Notes: generated by a model from the letters alone, not told the origin. A DNA stretch of 64,000 nt from Candidatus Phocaeicola excrementigallinarum (GCA_019120125.1 DWVR01000051.1:5618-69617); one strand, 5' to 3'. Positions 20,475 through 35,101 are shown, counted from the stretch's first letter. Program-made: numbers and translations.

Positions 20475-23400
20475 TCATTCCCCGGTAAATTTGCTGGGTT
20501 GTATTCCGAAGTGTCTCTTAAACACAGTACTGAAATATTTCACATTTATAAAACCAGTCGCCTCCGCCACATCCGCAACTGACTGTCCTTGCCTCAACAA
20601 ATCGGCCGCTTTTTCCAATCGTATGATCCGGATAAATTCTTGCGGGGCTTTACCTGTCAGCGATTTAAGCCGACTATAAAACAATGTCCTGCTCATAGCC
20701 ATTTCACGGCATAATGTATCTATGCTAAACGTAGTACTGGCGATGTTATCGGACACGATGTCAGTAGCTTTCTTTACGAATAGCCGGTCGGTATCAGACA
20801 ATTCATTCTTACTGATATCCGCTTCGTCGTCCATATTAGCCTGCTCTTTATTTCCAATCCGACTGACGACCTGATTCAGTACATATTCACGCAAACGCTT
20901 CCGGTTGTCAAGCAGTCCCTGCACTTTCAGTTTCAGTATTTCCGTATTGAACGGTTTGGTCAGATAATCATCCGCCCCTTTTTGGAATCCTTCAACAATG
21001 GCATCATGGCTGGTCTTTGCCGTAAGCAAAATGATAGGAATACCGGCGGTGTCCGGATTTTCCTTGAACGTCCTACAGAAATCATCCCCCTGAAGGCCAG
21101 GCATCATGACATCCGATATTATCAGGTCAGGATATTCAGACTCCATATAAGTCAAGGCATCATCAGCCGACGGCATCTCCACCACGTTGAAATCCGACGA
21201 AAGTATCATGTTCAGATAATGTCGCAAATCATCATTGTCCTCTACAACGAGAATGGTTTCATCCTTCTTTCCCCCTTCTCCTGCCGGAGACATGACCTCA
21301 TAAGGCAAGACTTCATTCCACACATTATTAAATGCCGACTGGCGTGAAGTAGGCTGAGGCTCAGCATATATTCTGTTGAACGAAACGATGAAACAAGTGC
21401 CGACACCTTCTTCTGATGAGAACTCTACACTTCCATGCAGCAGTCTGACCATTCTTTTCACCTGAAGAAGGCCGAATCCCATTCCCGTTTCCTGTGATTT
21501 TCTGGCGTTTTCGGCCCGATAGACATCCGAAAGAATATACTTATGCCCTTTCCGCGGAATGCCTATGCCCGTATCCTCTATTCTGACAACCGCTTTCTTT
21601 TCATTACCGGTTACAATGATACTTATTCTTCCGCCCTTTTGAGTGTATTTGCAGGCATTTGATATCAAGTTGTCAAAAATTATCTCAAGCATCCGTTGGG
21701 TCGCTTTTACGCATACTGCTTCCTGTGGCAATGACAGTTCCAGCGATATTCCCTTTTTCTCGCAAGCGGCCTGAAAACATTCCGCCTCCTCTTCCAACAT
21801 TTTGCCCAAATCGATTGAGATAGTCCTTTCCTTGCGAAAATGTGTATCAATCTTTTCAAATTCGAGCAATTGGGAAGTGATTGAATGCAATCTTCTGATA
21901 TTTGCATGTGCAAGATCCAAAAGATAGTTCACGCTTTCAGGAAGGTTCTTTTCCTTGCGGATGTCCTCCAACGGCCCCATCACCAAAGTAATCGGAGTAC
22001 GGATGTCGTGGGCGGCATTGATAAAGAATTTAATTTTCCCCTCAGAATACTTTTGCTGCAACTGATACCATTTATAACGGAATATGAAATAGCACAGCAT
22101 TCCGAATAAAACGGCATACGTCACCCACGCCCACCACGAATTCCACCACGGACGGGCTACAGTTATCGGCAGACTGGCTTCGCTGATGATTTTCCCTGTG
22201 CTTTTGCTGATATTGCAAATTCTGAATACGTAATCACCGGGGGAAACATTTTTATAACGTGCAGTTTCTTCTGCCGACAGTTCACTCCACCCGTTGTCAT
22301 AATTTTCCAATATATATTTATAAACGATGTCATCCTGATAACAGAAATTTATCGATTCAAAATTGATGCTAAATGTATTCTGATTATATTTCAGCCTCAT
22401 ATCCTTTTCTTTGGACAGCATTCTGAACATCTTTTCCGCAATTTGAAGATTGCCGTCAGACTGGTTGTCGACAGTAAATTTCGTCAACCTTAGGGGAGCC
22501 GTATAATCCGCCTCGGATATTTCATCAGGAAAAATCTTGACGGCCCCGGTAGAACTTCCGAACAAAAGGCTTCCCGAACCGGACATCATGCACGCCGATT
22601 TGTTATATTCCGCTTCAATCCCTTTGATATAATTGAGATTCCATATTTCAGACCCATCCAAAACGGCAATGCCATTTCCCGTACTTATCCACAAACGTCC
22701 GTCTATATCAGTAAGCAGACCGAATATGTCATTTGAAGGCAAACCGTCTTTGACCGTAAGCTGCCTCACTATCTTTTTTTCCTTCATGTCGTAGAGGAAA
22801 AGTCCTCCCCCTTCGGTGCCGAGCCATACCGTATTGTCACCGTTGAAAAGCATAGGCACTATATAGACACTGACATTAAGTTCTGCCAGTTCCTGCACCG
22901 TGCAAAGCGGCTGACTTTGCCCGTTGTCTTGTCGATTATACAGAAGCCATCGCCTGTTGCCGCCGCAATGCTATCGCCGCCGATGCATTCGATGGAAAAC
23001 ACAAGGCTGATTCCGAAAGTATTCTTCAGTTTCCAGTTTTTATCGAGGCACATCAAATCGCCATCAATGCTTCCTATCCAATAGTCCCCGTCACGGTCTC
23101 TCCGGATGGAAAAGATATAATTGGAAGTCAGTCCGGCAGAATGTTTGGTCAACTGTTTTACAAGCATTCCGTTCCGGTCCAGGACTTCGATGCCTTTCCC
23201 ATAAGTCCCCACCATCATTTCTCCGTTTTCACCTGGACACAACGAAACGCAGACTTCATTATGAAGCAAATGCCGCCACTTATCATCACTGTTCTTGAGA
23301 ATGCTGATGCCGTTTTCAGTGGCAAACCATAAATCCCCGTCAACGTTTTCCGCTATGGCGTTCACATTGTCGTTAACAATCGAATTAGGATTTCCCTTTT

Positions 23401-24442
23401 CATGCGTATAGACTTGCGCCAACGCTTTGGAAAAGGTAAACGCGGTAACGCCTCCGGTATAGCTGCCGGCCCACAGATTACCAAACCTGTCTTTCAGCAA
23501 GGCATAAATGCCATTGCTCACAAGAGAAACATTGTCGCCCCTGTCTTCCGTATCGACAAGCGTCCGCATAGTCCCGTCATCATAGTCGAACGAAAATATC
23601 CCGTCGCCGTCAACTCCAACAATCAACGTATCGTCATCGAATTTTATAATCGAACGAATCGGGTTGTTTATCCCGGACCTTCTGTTTCCGCCATCTTTAA
23701 TATGGGTGAATTTTCCGGATGTAAGGTCTTTCACCCACAGGCCATTATTGAATGTTCCTATAAAAAGACACTTTTTATCCCCGTCATAATATAATGTCTG
23801 AATGCTTTTTTCCTCCAGCTGGCTAAGGATACTCCTTCCGGTGTTTACGTCGATGATTTTCAAGCCTTCGGTAGTTCCCACATAAAGAGAATCCCCGACC
23901 GGAACTATATCGTTTACATTTATGCCGGGCATATATATTTGCGCCTTCCCATTTTCGGATGCCCTGTACAGTCCCTGTGTAAGTCCGAAGAAGAAATGTC
24001 CGTTTTCCGATTTGCAGAATTTATTGAGCGTAATATTCCCTGAAATGTCATCCAACAACCGTCTTACCAATTCAAAACTGTCATGGATTTCCGAATAACA
24101 ATAAATTTTTCCAGTGTTATCGTAGGCCCACAAACTACTGTCCGGCAGGCAATCAATCCGGATAATCCGCGCAGCCAAGTCTCCGTAATAAAAATCTCCG
24201 GGAAGTTGGTATGCCTTGATTTTATGCCCGTTATAGCGGTCTATACCGGCCTTAGTACTAATCCAAATAGCGTTACACTTGTCTTCGGCAATCGCATACA
24301 CCCGTTGGCTGCTCAGCCCGTCAGCATACCCCAAATGCTTGATAAGAGATACGGAAGGCGATGCCGTTGTCTTACTGTAAACCACACCTGCTCCGCATAA
24401 GAATAGAATCAGCGTACAGACAATCTTTATTATGTTTTTCAT
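20475..24442 (-). pseudogene. Hybrid two-component system sensor/regulator (HTCS), interrupted by a frameshift near 22896-22905
   Basis: Two overlapping ORFs make up one HTCS. 24442-22859 carries the signal/TM segment plus Reg_prop beta-propeller repeats. 22898-20475 carries more propeller repeats, Y_Y_Y, TM, HisKA (AAHDIRTPITL), HATPase, receiver (ILVVEDNDD) and an AraC HTH. The stop at 22859-22861 is in one frame and reading continues in the adjacent frame. Confidence 0.8.
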
Positions 24443-24471
24443 GGCCAGCAATAATTGTTTTGTTCTCTTCG

Positions 24472-24479
24472 CAAAAATA
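24472..24479 (-). promoter_or_regulatory. Candidate HTCS -7 box (minus strand TATTTTTG)
   Basis: TAnnTTTG match 30 nt upstream of the ATG at 24442 (MKNIIKIVCTLILF...). Confidence 0.35.
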
Positions 24480-24770
24480 TAAAAAAGACTATTCGCGCAA
24501 TCATTTTCTGAGAAATTAAACTTTACCCTTTGCCAATTCACGTATCTGTCATTTAAAACAAATCTAATAATCTTTGTTCGTTTCAGAAAAATCGTTATTG
24601 AAGTCACGTCCGAAAGGATGATTGAACCCGCCTTTGCCTTCGATAAAAAAGCGATAGGTTTTCGTCCCACCGGGCCTCCCCACATTGTCCGGGAATCGTC
24701 CGGGAAGGAAAAACCGCCAGAATCTCTCAACAAAACAACATTGATAATCAATCAGTTATTCCTTCTTAAA

Positions 24771-24877
24771 AAAACGTCTAAGTCTTTTCCTTAAAACGCC
24801 TAAATGTTTTACCGAAAACTCTTAGGCGTTTTAGTCAAAATGCTTAGGCGTTTTAATCAAAACTCCTAAGAGTTTTT
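24771..24877. repeat. Array B: five 18-bp A4-N10-T4 units with exact 22-bp period
   Basis: Units at 24771, 24793, 24815, 24837 and 24859: AAAACGTCTAAGTCTTTT, AAAACGCCTAAATGTTTT, AAAACTCTTAGGCGTTTT, AAAATGCTTAGGCGTTTT, AAAACTCCTAAGAGTTTT. Spacers are 4 bp. The central tetranucleotide is CTAA or its complement TTAG. Confidence 0.7.
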
Positions 24878-24883
24878 CCTGCC

Positions 24884-25408
24884 TCATTTAATTATGTGTA
24901 CCTTATTGTCTGTCTTAACCCCGTTGAGTAGCACCGTTGTTTCCTGTTGCGGCTCGTGATTCTTCCACCAAAAACGGTGGCTGACAGTAATGACATCCTG
25001 CGGCAAGCCCTCGCCCCAGTCAATCGTCACATCCGTGGCATCGAGGTTTGTATCGCCCGCAAACTCTCCAAAAGTCAGCATATACGGTCCGTCCGTTTGT
25101 TTATGGAGCACCAATCCGTGAAACACGGGCAAAATGGCCCTGCCCGACACGCTGCCTGCCACAGAGTTTGTGTCCACTTCCATCTCATAAGTCTTGCCTT
25201 CAAAAGTGGCCGTAATAACATTCCCTACCAAATTATTCTCCGCCTCCGGATCCAGTAAATCGTTTCCTTCCGCATCGGCCACGGTAATAAGAATATTGTA
25301 TGGGGCAATATCCCAAATCATACCGGGTTCGGGTCCATCACCGTCACCGCACGAGCTGAAGCACAGTGCCAGAAGCAGAAAAAGGAAAAAGCTCTTCATT
25401 GTCTTCAT
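24884..25408 (-). CDS. Hypothetical lipoprotein
   Basis: 174 aa, lipobox LCFSSCG. No recognisable domain. Confidence 0.6.
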   Translation of the reverse strand: MKTMKSFFLFLLLALCFSSCGDGDGPEPGMIWDIAPYNILITVADAEGNDLLDPEAENNLVGNVITATFEGKTYEMEVDTNSVAGSVSGRAILPVFHGLVLHKQTDGPYMLTFGEFAGDTNLDATDVTIDWGEGLPQDVITVSHRFWWKNHEPQQETTVLLNGVKTDNKVHIIK

Positions 25409-25537
25409 TTTACTTTAATTTAAAAAGTGATACATCTTATTTCCAATAATAGCAACAATTATTAGAATATCAAACGATTTCAACAAGAATTTCATTACAT
25501 TATGCAGATTATATTCGTTTGTTACGCCATTTTTCAG

Positions 25538-25545
25538 TAAATTTG
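25538..25545 (+). promoter_or_regulatory. Candidate -7 box TAAATTTG upstream of purL
   Basis: TAnnTTTG match with TTTG at 25518-25521. ATG at 25594. Confidence 0.35.
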
Positions 25546-25593
25546 CCCCATATTTTATGTGCATCGAAAAATTCTTTAACTATACAAAGCGCT

Positions 25594-28500
25594 ATGATTC
25601 TATTTTTCAGAACTCCGTCCCACAGTGTGATTGCAACGGAATGCAGTCAGGAACTGAACGCTGAAGACATCAAAAAGTTATGCTGGCTCTATGGCGATGC
25701 CGTAGTGGAAAGCGAAGAGAACCTGAAAGGCTGGTTCGTCGGACCACGCCGCGAAATGATTACTCCGTGGAGTACGAACGCCGTGGAAATCACACAAAAC
25801 ATGGGTCTCAAGGAAATCCGACGCATCGAGGAATACTTCCCGGTGAAAGACGAGAATGCCGACCACGACCCGATGCTGCAACGCATGTATCACGGGCTGG
25901 ATCAGAAAATCTTTACCGTGAACATCAAACCACAGCCTATCATCTATATTGATAATCTGGAAGAATACAATGAAAAGGAAGGCCTGGCCCTTTCACGCGA
26001 AGAAATGGACTATCTGCTGAAAGTGGAAAAGGACCTCGGACGCAAACTGACCGACTCTGAAGTGTTCGGCTTCGCGCAAATCAACTCAGAACACTGCCGC
26101 CACAAAATCTTCGGCGGTACATTCATCATCGACGGGAAAGAAATGGAATCGTCGCTGTTCCAGATGATTAAGAAAACAACTAAAGAAAACCCGAACAAAA
26201 TCATCTCCGCATATAAGGACAATGTGGCATTCGCCGAAGGTCCGGTAGTGGAACAATTCGCACCGAAAGACCATTCCACATCCGACTATTTCGTCATCAA
26301 AGATATCAAGACCGTCATCTCACTGAAAGCGGAGACACACAATTTCCCCACTACGGTGGAACCGTTCAATGGTGCATCTACTGGTACTGGAGGTGAAATC
26401 CGTGACCGTATGGGCGGCGGTAAGGGTTCTTGGCCGATTGCCGGAACCGCTGTCTACATGACCGCTTATCCACGCACCGAAGAAGGGCGCGAATGGGAGG
26501 ACATCCTGCCCGTGCGCAAATGGCTGTACCAGACTCCGGAACAGATTTTGATTAAGGCTTCGAACGGAGCTTCCGATTTCGGAAACAAATTCGGCCAACC
26601 GCTGATCTGCGGTTCGGTGCTGACTTTCGAACATCAGGAGAATGGTGAGAAATATGCCTACGACAAGGTAATCATGCTGGCAGGCGGTGTAGGCTATGGC
26701 ACAAAACGCGACTGTCTGAAAGGTACTCCCGAAGCAGGCGACGAAATCGTCGTGTTAGGTGGCGACAACTACCGCATCGGCCTGGGAGGAGGCTCCGTAT
26801 CGTCGGTCGACACCGGACGCTATTCTTCGGGAATCGAACTAAACGCTGTGCAGCGCGCGAATGCGGAAATGCAGAAACGCGCATACAACGTAGTCCGCGC
26901 GCTGTGTGAGGAGGACCAGAATCCGATTGTATCCATCCACGACCACGGTTCGGCAGGCCACGTAAACTGTCTATCGGAACTGGTGGAGGACTGCGGAGGA
27001 CTGATCCATATGGACAAACTACCCATCGGCGACGAGACCTTGTCGGCCAAGGAAATCATCGCCAACGAGTCACAGGAACGCATGGGTCTGCTGATTGAAG
27101 AGGAATCGCTGGAACATGTACAGAAAATCGCCGAACGCGAACGCGCTCCGATGTACGTGGTGGGCGAGACAACCGGCGACCACCGCTTTGCTTTCGAACA
27201 GGCCGACGGAGTACGCCCGTTCGACCTGGCAGTGGACCAGATGTTCGGTTCCTCACCGAAGACATATATGGTGGACAAGACCGTGGAACGTCATTACGAG
27301 AACGTGACCTACGAACCCGCCAGACTGAACGAATACCTGAACCGTGTGCTCCAGCTGGAGGCCGTGGCCTGCAAGGACTGGCTGACCAACAAGGTAGACC
27401 GCTCCGTGACCGGAAAGATCGCCCGCCAGCAATGTCAGGGAGAACTCCAGTTGCCGTTGAGCGACTGTGGTGTGGTGGCTCTTGACTACCGCGGCGAAAA
27501 AGGTATCGCCACAGCACTGGGACATGCGCCCCAGGCCGCACTGGCCAATCCGGCCGCAGGTTCGGTGCTCGCCGTATCCGAAGCTCTGACCAACATCGTA
27601 TGGGCTCCGCTGGCCGACGGCATGGACAGTCTGTCACTCTCCGCCAACTGGATGTGGCCCTGCCGCTCACAGGAAGGTGAGGATGCTCGCCTGTACACTG
27701 CCGTAAAGGCATTGTCCGACTTCTGCTGTGCGCTGCAAATCAATGTGCCGACCGGAAAGGACTCCCTCTCAATGACACAAAAATATCCGAACGGAGAAAA
27801 AATCATCAGCCCGGGAACGGTCATCGTTTCCGCAGGAGGTGAGGTTTCCGACATCAAGAAAGTGGTCTCTCCGGTCATGGTGAATAATCCGAAAACCACC
27901 TTCTACCATATCGACTTCAGTTTCGACCAGCTCCGTCTGGGAGGCTCCGCATTCGCACAGTCTCTTAACAAAGTGGGTGATGATGTGCCTACCGTACAGA
28001 ATCCGGAATACTTCCGCGACGCGTTCATGGCTGTTCAGGAACTGGTAAACAAAGGACTGATTCTGGCAGGACACGACATCTCCGCAGGAGGCCTCATCAC
28101 GACACTGCTTGAAATGTGTTTCGCAAACACTGAAGGCGGTATGGAGATCAGCCTCGACAAGTTCAAATGCGATGACATCGTAAAGATTCTCTTTGCCGAA
28201 AATCCGGGTATCGTCATCCAGATTGCCGACAAACACAAGCATGAGGTGAAGAAGATTCTGGAAGACGCGGGTGTGGGTTACGTGAAACTGGGCACACCGA
28301 GCGAAGAACGCCATATTCTTGTCACTCACGAAGGTGCCACCTATCAGTTCGGCATCGACTACCTGCGCGACGTATGGTACTCATCATCCTATCTGCTCGA
28401 CCGCAAGCAGAGCATGAACGGATGCGCGCAGAAGCGTTTCGAGAACTACAAGAAACAACCGCTGGAGTTCGCCTTCAATCCGGCATTCACCGGCAAGCTC

Positions 28501-29301
28501 TCTCAGTTCGGCCTGAATCCTGACCGCCGTACACCGAGCGGAATCAAGGCAGCCATCATCCGTGAGAAAGGAACAAACGGTGAACGCGAAATGGCCTATA
28601 TGCTCTATCTGGCCGGCTTCGACGTGAAAGACGTGACCATGACTGACTTGGTGAGCGGACGCGAGACACTGGAAGATATCCACATGATCGTGTTCTGTGG
28701 CGGATTCTCCAACTCCGACGTACTGGGCTCTGCCAAGGGATGGGCAGGAAGCTTCCTTTTCAACCCCAAGGCAAAAACGGCTCTCGACAACTTCTACGCA
28801 CGCAAGGACACCTTGTCACTGGGTGTATGCAACGGATGCCAGCTGATGATGGAACTCGGACTCATTACCCCGGAAGACGAGAAGAAGGGCAAGATGCTGC
28901 ACAACGACTCCCACAAATTCGAGTCAGCTTTCGTGGGCGTGACCGTTCCGATGAACCGTAGCGTGATGTTCGGCTCGTTGAGCGGCTCGAAACTGGGTAT
29001 CTGGGTAGCTCACGGAGAAGGCAAGTTCTCCCTGCCGTATGAGGAGGACCATTACAACGTGGTACTGAAATATTCGTACGATGAATATCCCGGCAACCCG
29101 AACGGTTCGGACTACAGTGTGGCAGGTATCGCCAGCCAGGACGGACGCCATCTGGCCATGATGCCTCATCTGGAACGTGCCTGCTTCCCATGGGAAAATG
29201 CATTCTATCCGGCCGGCCGTATACACGAAGACCAGATCACTCCGTGGATGGAAGCTTTCGTAAACGCACGCAAATGGGTAGAGGAACAGCTTAAGAAATA
29301 A
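25594..29301 (+). CDS. purL: Phosphoribosylformylglycinamidine synthase (single-chain large PurL)
   Basis: About 1235 aa. AIR-synthase-related duplicated domains (ETHNFPT, GTGGEIRD) and a C-terminal glutamine amidotransferase (GVCNGCQLM, HGEG). The internal ATG at 25594 is preferred. Confidence 0.95.
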   Translation: MILFFRTPSHSVIATECSQELNAEDIKKLCWLYGDAVVESEENLKGWFVGPRREMITPWSTNAVEITQNMGLKEIRRIEEYFPVKDENADHDPMLQRMYHGLDQKIFTVNIKPQPIIYIDNLEEYNEKEGLALSREEMDYLLKVEKDLGRKLTDSEVFGFAQINSEHCRHKIFGGTFIIDGKEMESSLFQMIKKTTKENPNKIISAYKDNVAFAEGPVVEQFAPKDHSTSDYFVIKDIKTVISLKAETHNFPTTVEPFNGASTGTGGEIRDRMGGGKGSWPIAGTAVYMTAYPRTEEGREWEDILPVRKWLYQTPEQILIKASNGASDFGNKFGQPLICGSVLTFEHQENGEKYAYDKVIMLAGGVGYGTKRDCLKGTPEAGDEIVVLGGDNYRIGLGGGSVSSVDTGRYSSGIELNAVQRANAEMQKRAYNVVRALCEEDQNPIVSIHDHGSAGHVNCLSELVEDCGGLIHMDKLPIGDETLSAKEIIANESQERMGLLIEEESLEHVQKIAERERAPMYVVGETTGDHRFAFEQADGVRPFDLAVDQMFGSSPKTYMVDKTVERHYENVTYEPARLNEYLNRVLQLEAVACKDWLTNKVDRSVTGKIARQQCQGELQLPLSDCGVVALDYRGEKGIATALGHAPQAALANPAAGSVLAVSEALTNIVWAPLADGMDSLSLSANWMWPCRSQEGEDARLYTAVKALSDFCCALQINVPTGKDSLSMTQKYPNGEKIISPGTVIVSAGGEVSDIKKVVSPVMVNNPKTTFYHIDFSFDQLRLGGSAFAQSLNKVGDDVPTVQNPEYFRDAFMAVQELVNKGLILAGHDISAGGLITTLLEMCFANTEGGMEISLDKFKCDDIVKILFAENPGIVIQIADKHKHEVKKILEDAGVGYVKLGTPSEERHILVTHEGATYQFGIDYLRDVWYSSSYLLDRKQSMNGCAQKRFENYKKQPLEFAFNPAFTGKLSQFGLNPDRRTPSGIKAAIIREKGTNGEREMAYMLYLAGFDVKDVTMTDLVSGRETLEDIHMIVFCGGFSNSDVLGSAKGWAGSFLFNPKAKTALDNFYARKDTLSLGVCNGCQLMMELGLITPEDEKKGKMLHNDSHKFESAFVGVTVPMNRSVMFGSLSGSKLGIWVAHGEGKFSLPYEEDHYNVVLKYSYDEYPGNPNGSDYSVAGIASQDGRHLAMMPHLERACFPWENAFYPAGRIHEDQITPWMEAFVNARKWVEEQLKK

Positions 29302-29320
29302 ATTTCTTTTTCGCGGAATC

Positions 29321-29362
29321 AAGGTCGGGAATGAATACAAAAAGTTCCCGACCTTTTGTTTT
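29321..29362 (+). terminator. Intrinsic terminator after purL
   Basis: AAGGTCGGGAA (29321-29331) pairs with TTCCCGACCTT (29345-29355), followed by TTGTTTT. Confidence 0.65.
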
Positions 29363-29426
29363 ATGTAAAAAATAATGTACTTTTGCTTTCGCACAAGAAA
29401 GAAAAACACTTAAAAAGAATATAAAG

Positions 29427-30446
29427 ATGAAAGAAATTGACTGGTCTAATCTGTCATTCGGTTACATGAAGACAGATTACAACGTACGATGCTATTATCG
29501 TGACGGAAAATGGGGAGAGCTGGAGCTCTGCTCGGAAGAGACATTGAACATCCACATGGCGGCTACGTGTCTGCACTACGGACAGGAAGCTTTTGAAGGA
29601 CTGAAAGCTTATCGCGGCAAGGACGGCAAGATCCGCATTTTCCGTTCTGAAGCGAACGCGGAACGTCTGCAAAGCACTTGCCGCGGCATCCTGATGCCGG
29701 AACTTCCTACCGAAACATTCTGCGAAGCGGTGAAGAAAGTGGTGAAGGCCAACGAACGCTTCATCCCGCCTTACGAAAGCGGCGCGTCGCTCTATATCCG
29801 TCCGCTGCTGATAGGAACAGGCGCTCAGGTAGGTGTCCATCCTGCCAATGAATATCTGTTTGTGGTATTCGTCACTCCGGTAGGTCCGTATTTCAAGGGC
29901 GGTTTCGCAACCAATCCGTATGTCATCATCCGCCAGTTCGACCGTGCGGCTCCGCTGGGAACCGGCACATTCAAAGTGGGCGGAAACTATGCGGCAAGTC
30001 TCCGTGCCAACAAGATGGCCCACGACGCAGGCTATGCCAGCGAATTTTATCTGGATGCCAAGGAAAAGAAATATATCGACGAATGCGGCGCAGCCAACTT
30101 CTTCGGCATCAAGGACAACACTTACATCACTCCGCTGTCCACTTCCATCCTCCCGTCAATCACCAACCGGAGCCTGATGCAGCTGGCTGAAGACATGGGA
30201 CTGAAAGTGGAACGCCGCCCGATTCCGGAAGAAGAACTGATGACTTTCGAGGAAGCGGGTGCCTGTGGAACGGCTGCTGTCATCAGTCCGATCGAACGTA
30301 TCGACGATCTGGAAAACCATAAGTCGTATGTCATCGCCAAAGACGGCAAACCGGGGCCCATCAGCGAGAAACTGTACAACAAACTGCGCGCCATCCAATA
30401 CGGTGACGAGGCCGATCCGTACGGATGGGTGACTGTGCTTGACTAA
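29427..30446 (+). CDS. ilvE: Branched-chain amino acid aminotransferase
   Basis: 339 aa. Class IV aminotransferase motifs (EGLKAYR, KVGGNYAASL, ECGAANFF). Confidence 0.9.
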   Translation: MKEIDWSNLSFGYMKTDYNVRCYYRDGKWGELELCSEETLNIHMAATCLHYGQEAFEGLKAYRGKDGKIRIFRSEANAERLQSTCRGILMPELPTETFCEAVKKVVKANERFIPPYESGASLYIRPLLIGTGAQVGVHPANEYLFVVFVTPVGPYFKGGFATNPYVIIRQFDRAAPLGTGTFKVGGNYAASLRANKMAHDAGYASEFYLDAKEKKYIDECGAANFFGIKDNTYITPLSTSILPSITNRSLMQLAEDMGLKVERRPIPEEELMTFEEAGACGTAAVISPIERIDDLENHKSYVIAKDGKPGPISEKLYNKLRAIQYGDEADPYGWVTVLD

Positions 30447-30452
30447 TCATAA

Positions 30453-34592
<4,140 letters not shown>

Positions 34593-34650
34593 TCGAGGGG
34601 GGTCAATTATATGATGAGTATATAAGCTCCGAATCGTTGGAAACAAAATA

Positions 34651-34693
34651 GGAAGTCTTAAAATCGAAAACTTATTCTCATTTTAAGACTTCC
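34651..34693. terminator. Bidirectional hairpin (perfect 14-bp stem, 15-nt loop)
   Basis: GGAAGTCTTAAAAT (34651-34664) pairs with ATTTTAAGACTTCC (34680-34693), between convergent ORFs. Confidence 0.65.
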
Positions 34694-34705
34694 TATGCCG
34701 TTTTC

Positions 34706-34957
34706 TTAGAATTCAATGACTAATGATTTACGGGGAGAAAGAGTCAGGCTCTGAGAAAAATCAATTGTCTTTCCGGTAGAAAGCTCTTTGCCGGTCTTTG
34801 AATCCTTGGTCAGCGGCTTGTAGTATTCGGCTGTCAACGTCTGTTCATAGTCTGTGCTGTTCAACACAATCATTCCTGTCTTGCCGTCACGCATACGGGC
34901 ATACATGTATATTCCCTGCTGGGGAATATGATACTTTACAGTCTTACTTTCAGTCAT
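34706..34957 (-). pseudogene. Orphan fragment resembling the C-terminal beta-sandwich domain of GH13 cyclomaltodextrinase/neopullulanase
   Basis: 83 aa from the ATG at 34957. GIYMYARMRDGKTGMIVLNSTDYEQTL...SPRKSLVIEF resembles the Cyc-maltodext_C tail. No catalytic domain lies upstream. Confidence 0.4.
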
Positions 34958-35101
34958 AGTTTGTTTAGTTTGGTTTTGCGCCGCAAATATAAACGTTCTT
35001 TCCACGATGCGCACCGGCCAAATGTCAGAAAAACAGCCGTCCACCTGTTTTCGTGACTTATATCAAAGGTTACAGCTGAAACAGTCGGCGACATATACGA
35101 A

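Noticed and set aside
24443-24751. N-terminal 103-codon extension of the HTCS ORF
   Set aside because: The extension reads through the promoter box and intergenic DNA. A signal/TM segment starts at the ATG at 24442 (MKNIIKIVCTLILF).
24771-24877. Arrays A/B/C as CRISPR arrays
   Set aside because: The repeats are only 18 bp and degenerate, the spacers are 3-5 bp, and no cas genes are present. This does not fit CRISPR architecture.
10215-24877. PUL as an integrative/conjugative or transposable element
   Set aside because: The window has no integrase, transposase, tra/mob genes or tRNA target, and no clear terminal inverted repeats. Only the flanking unit arrays hint at a boundary, so it is reported as an observation rather than a mobile-element call.
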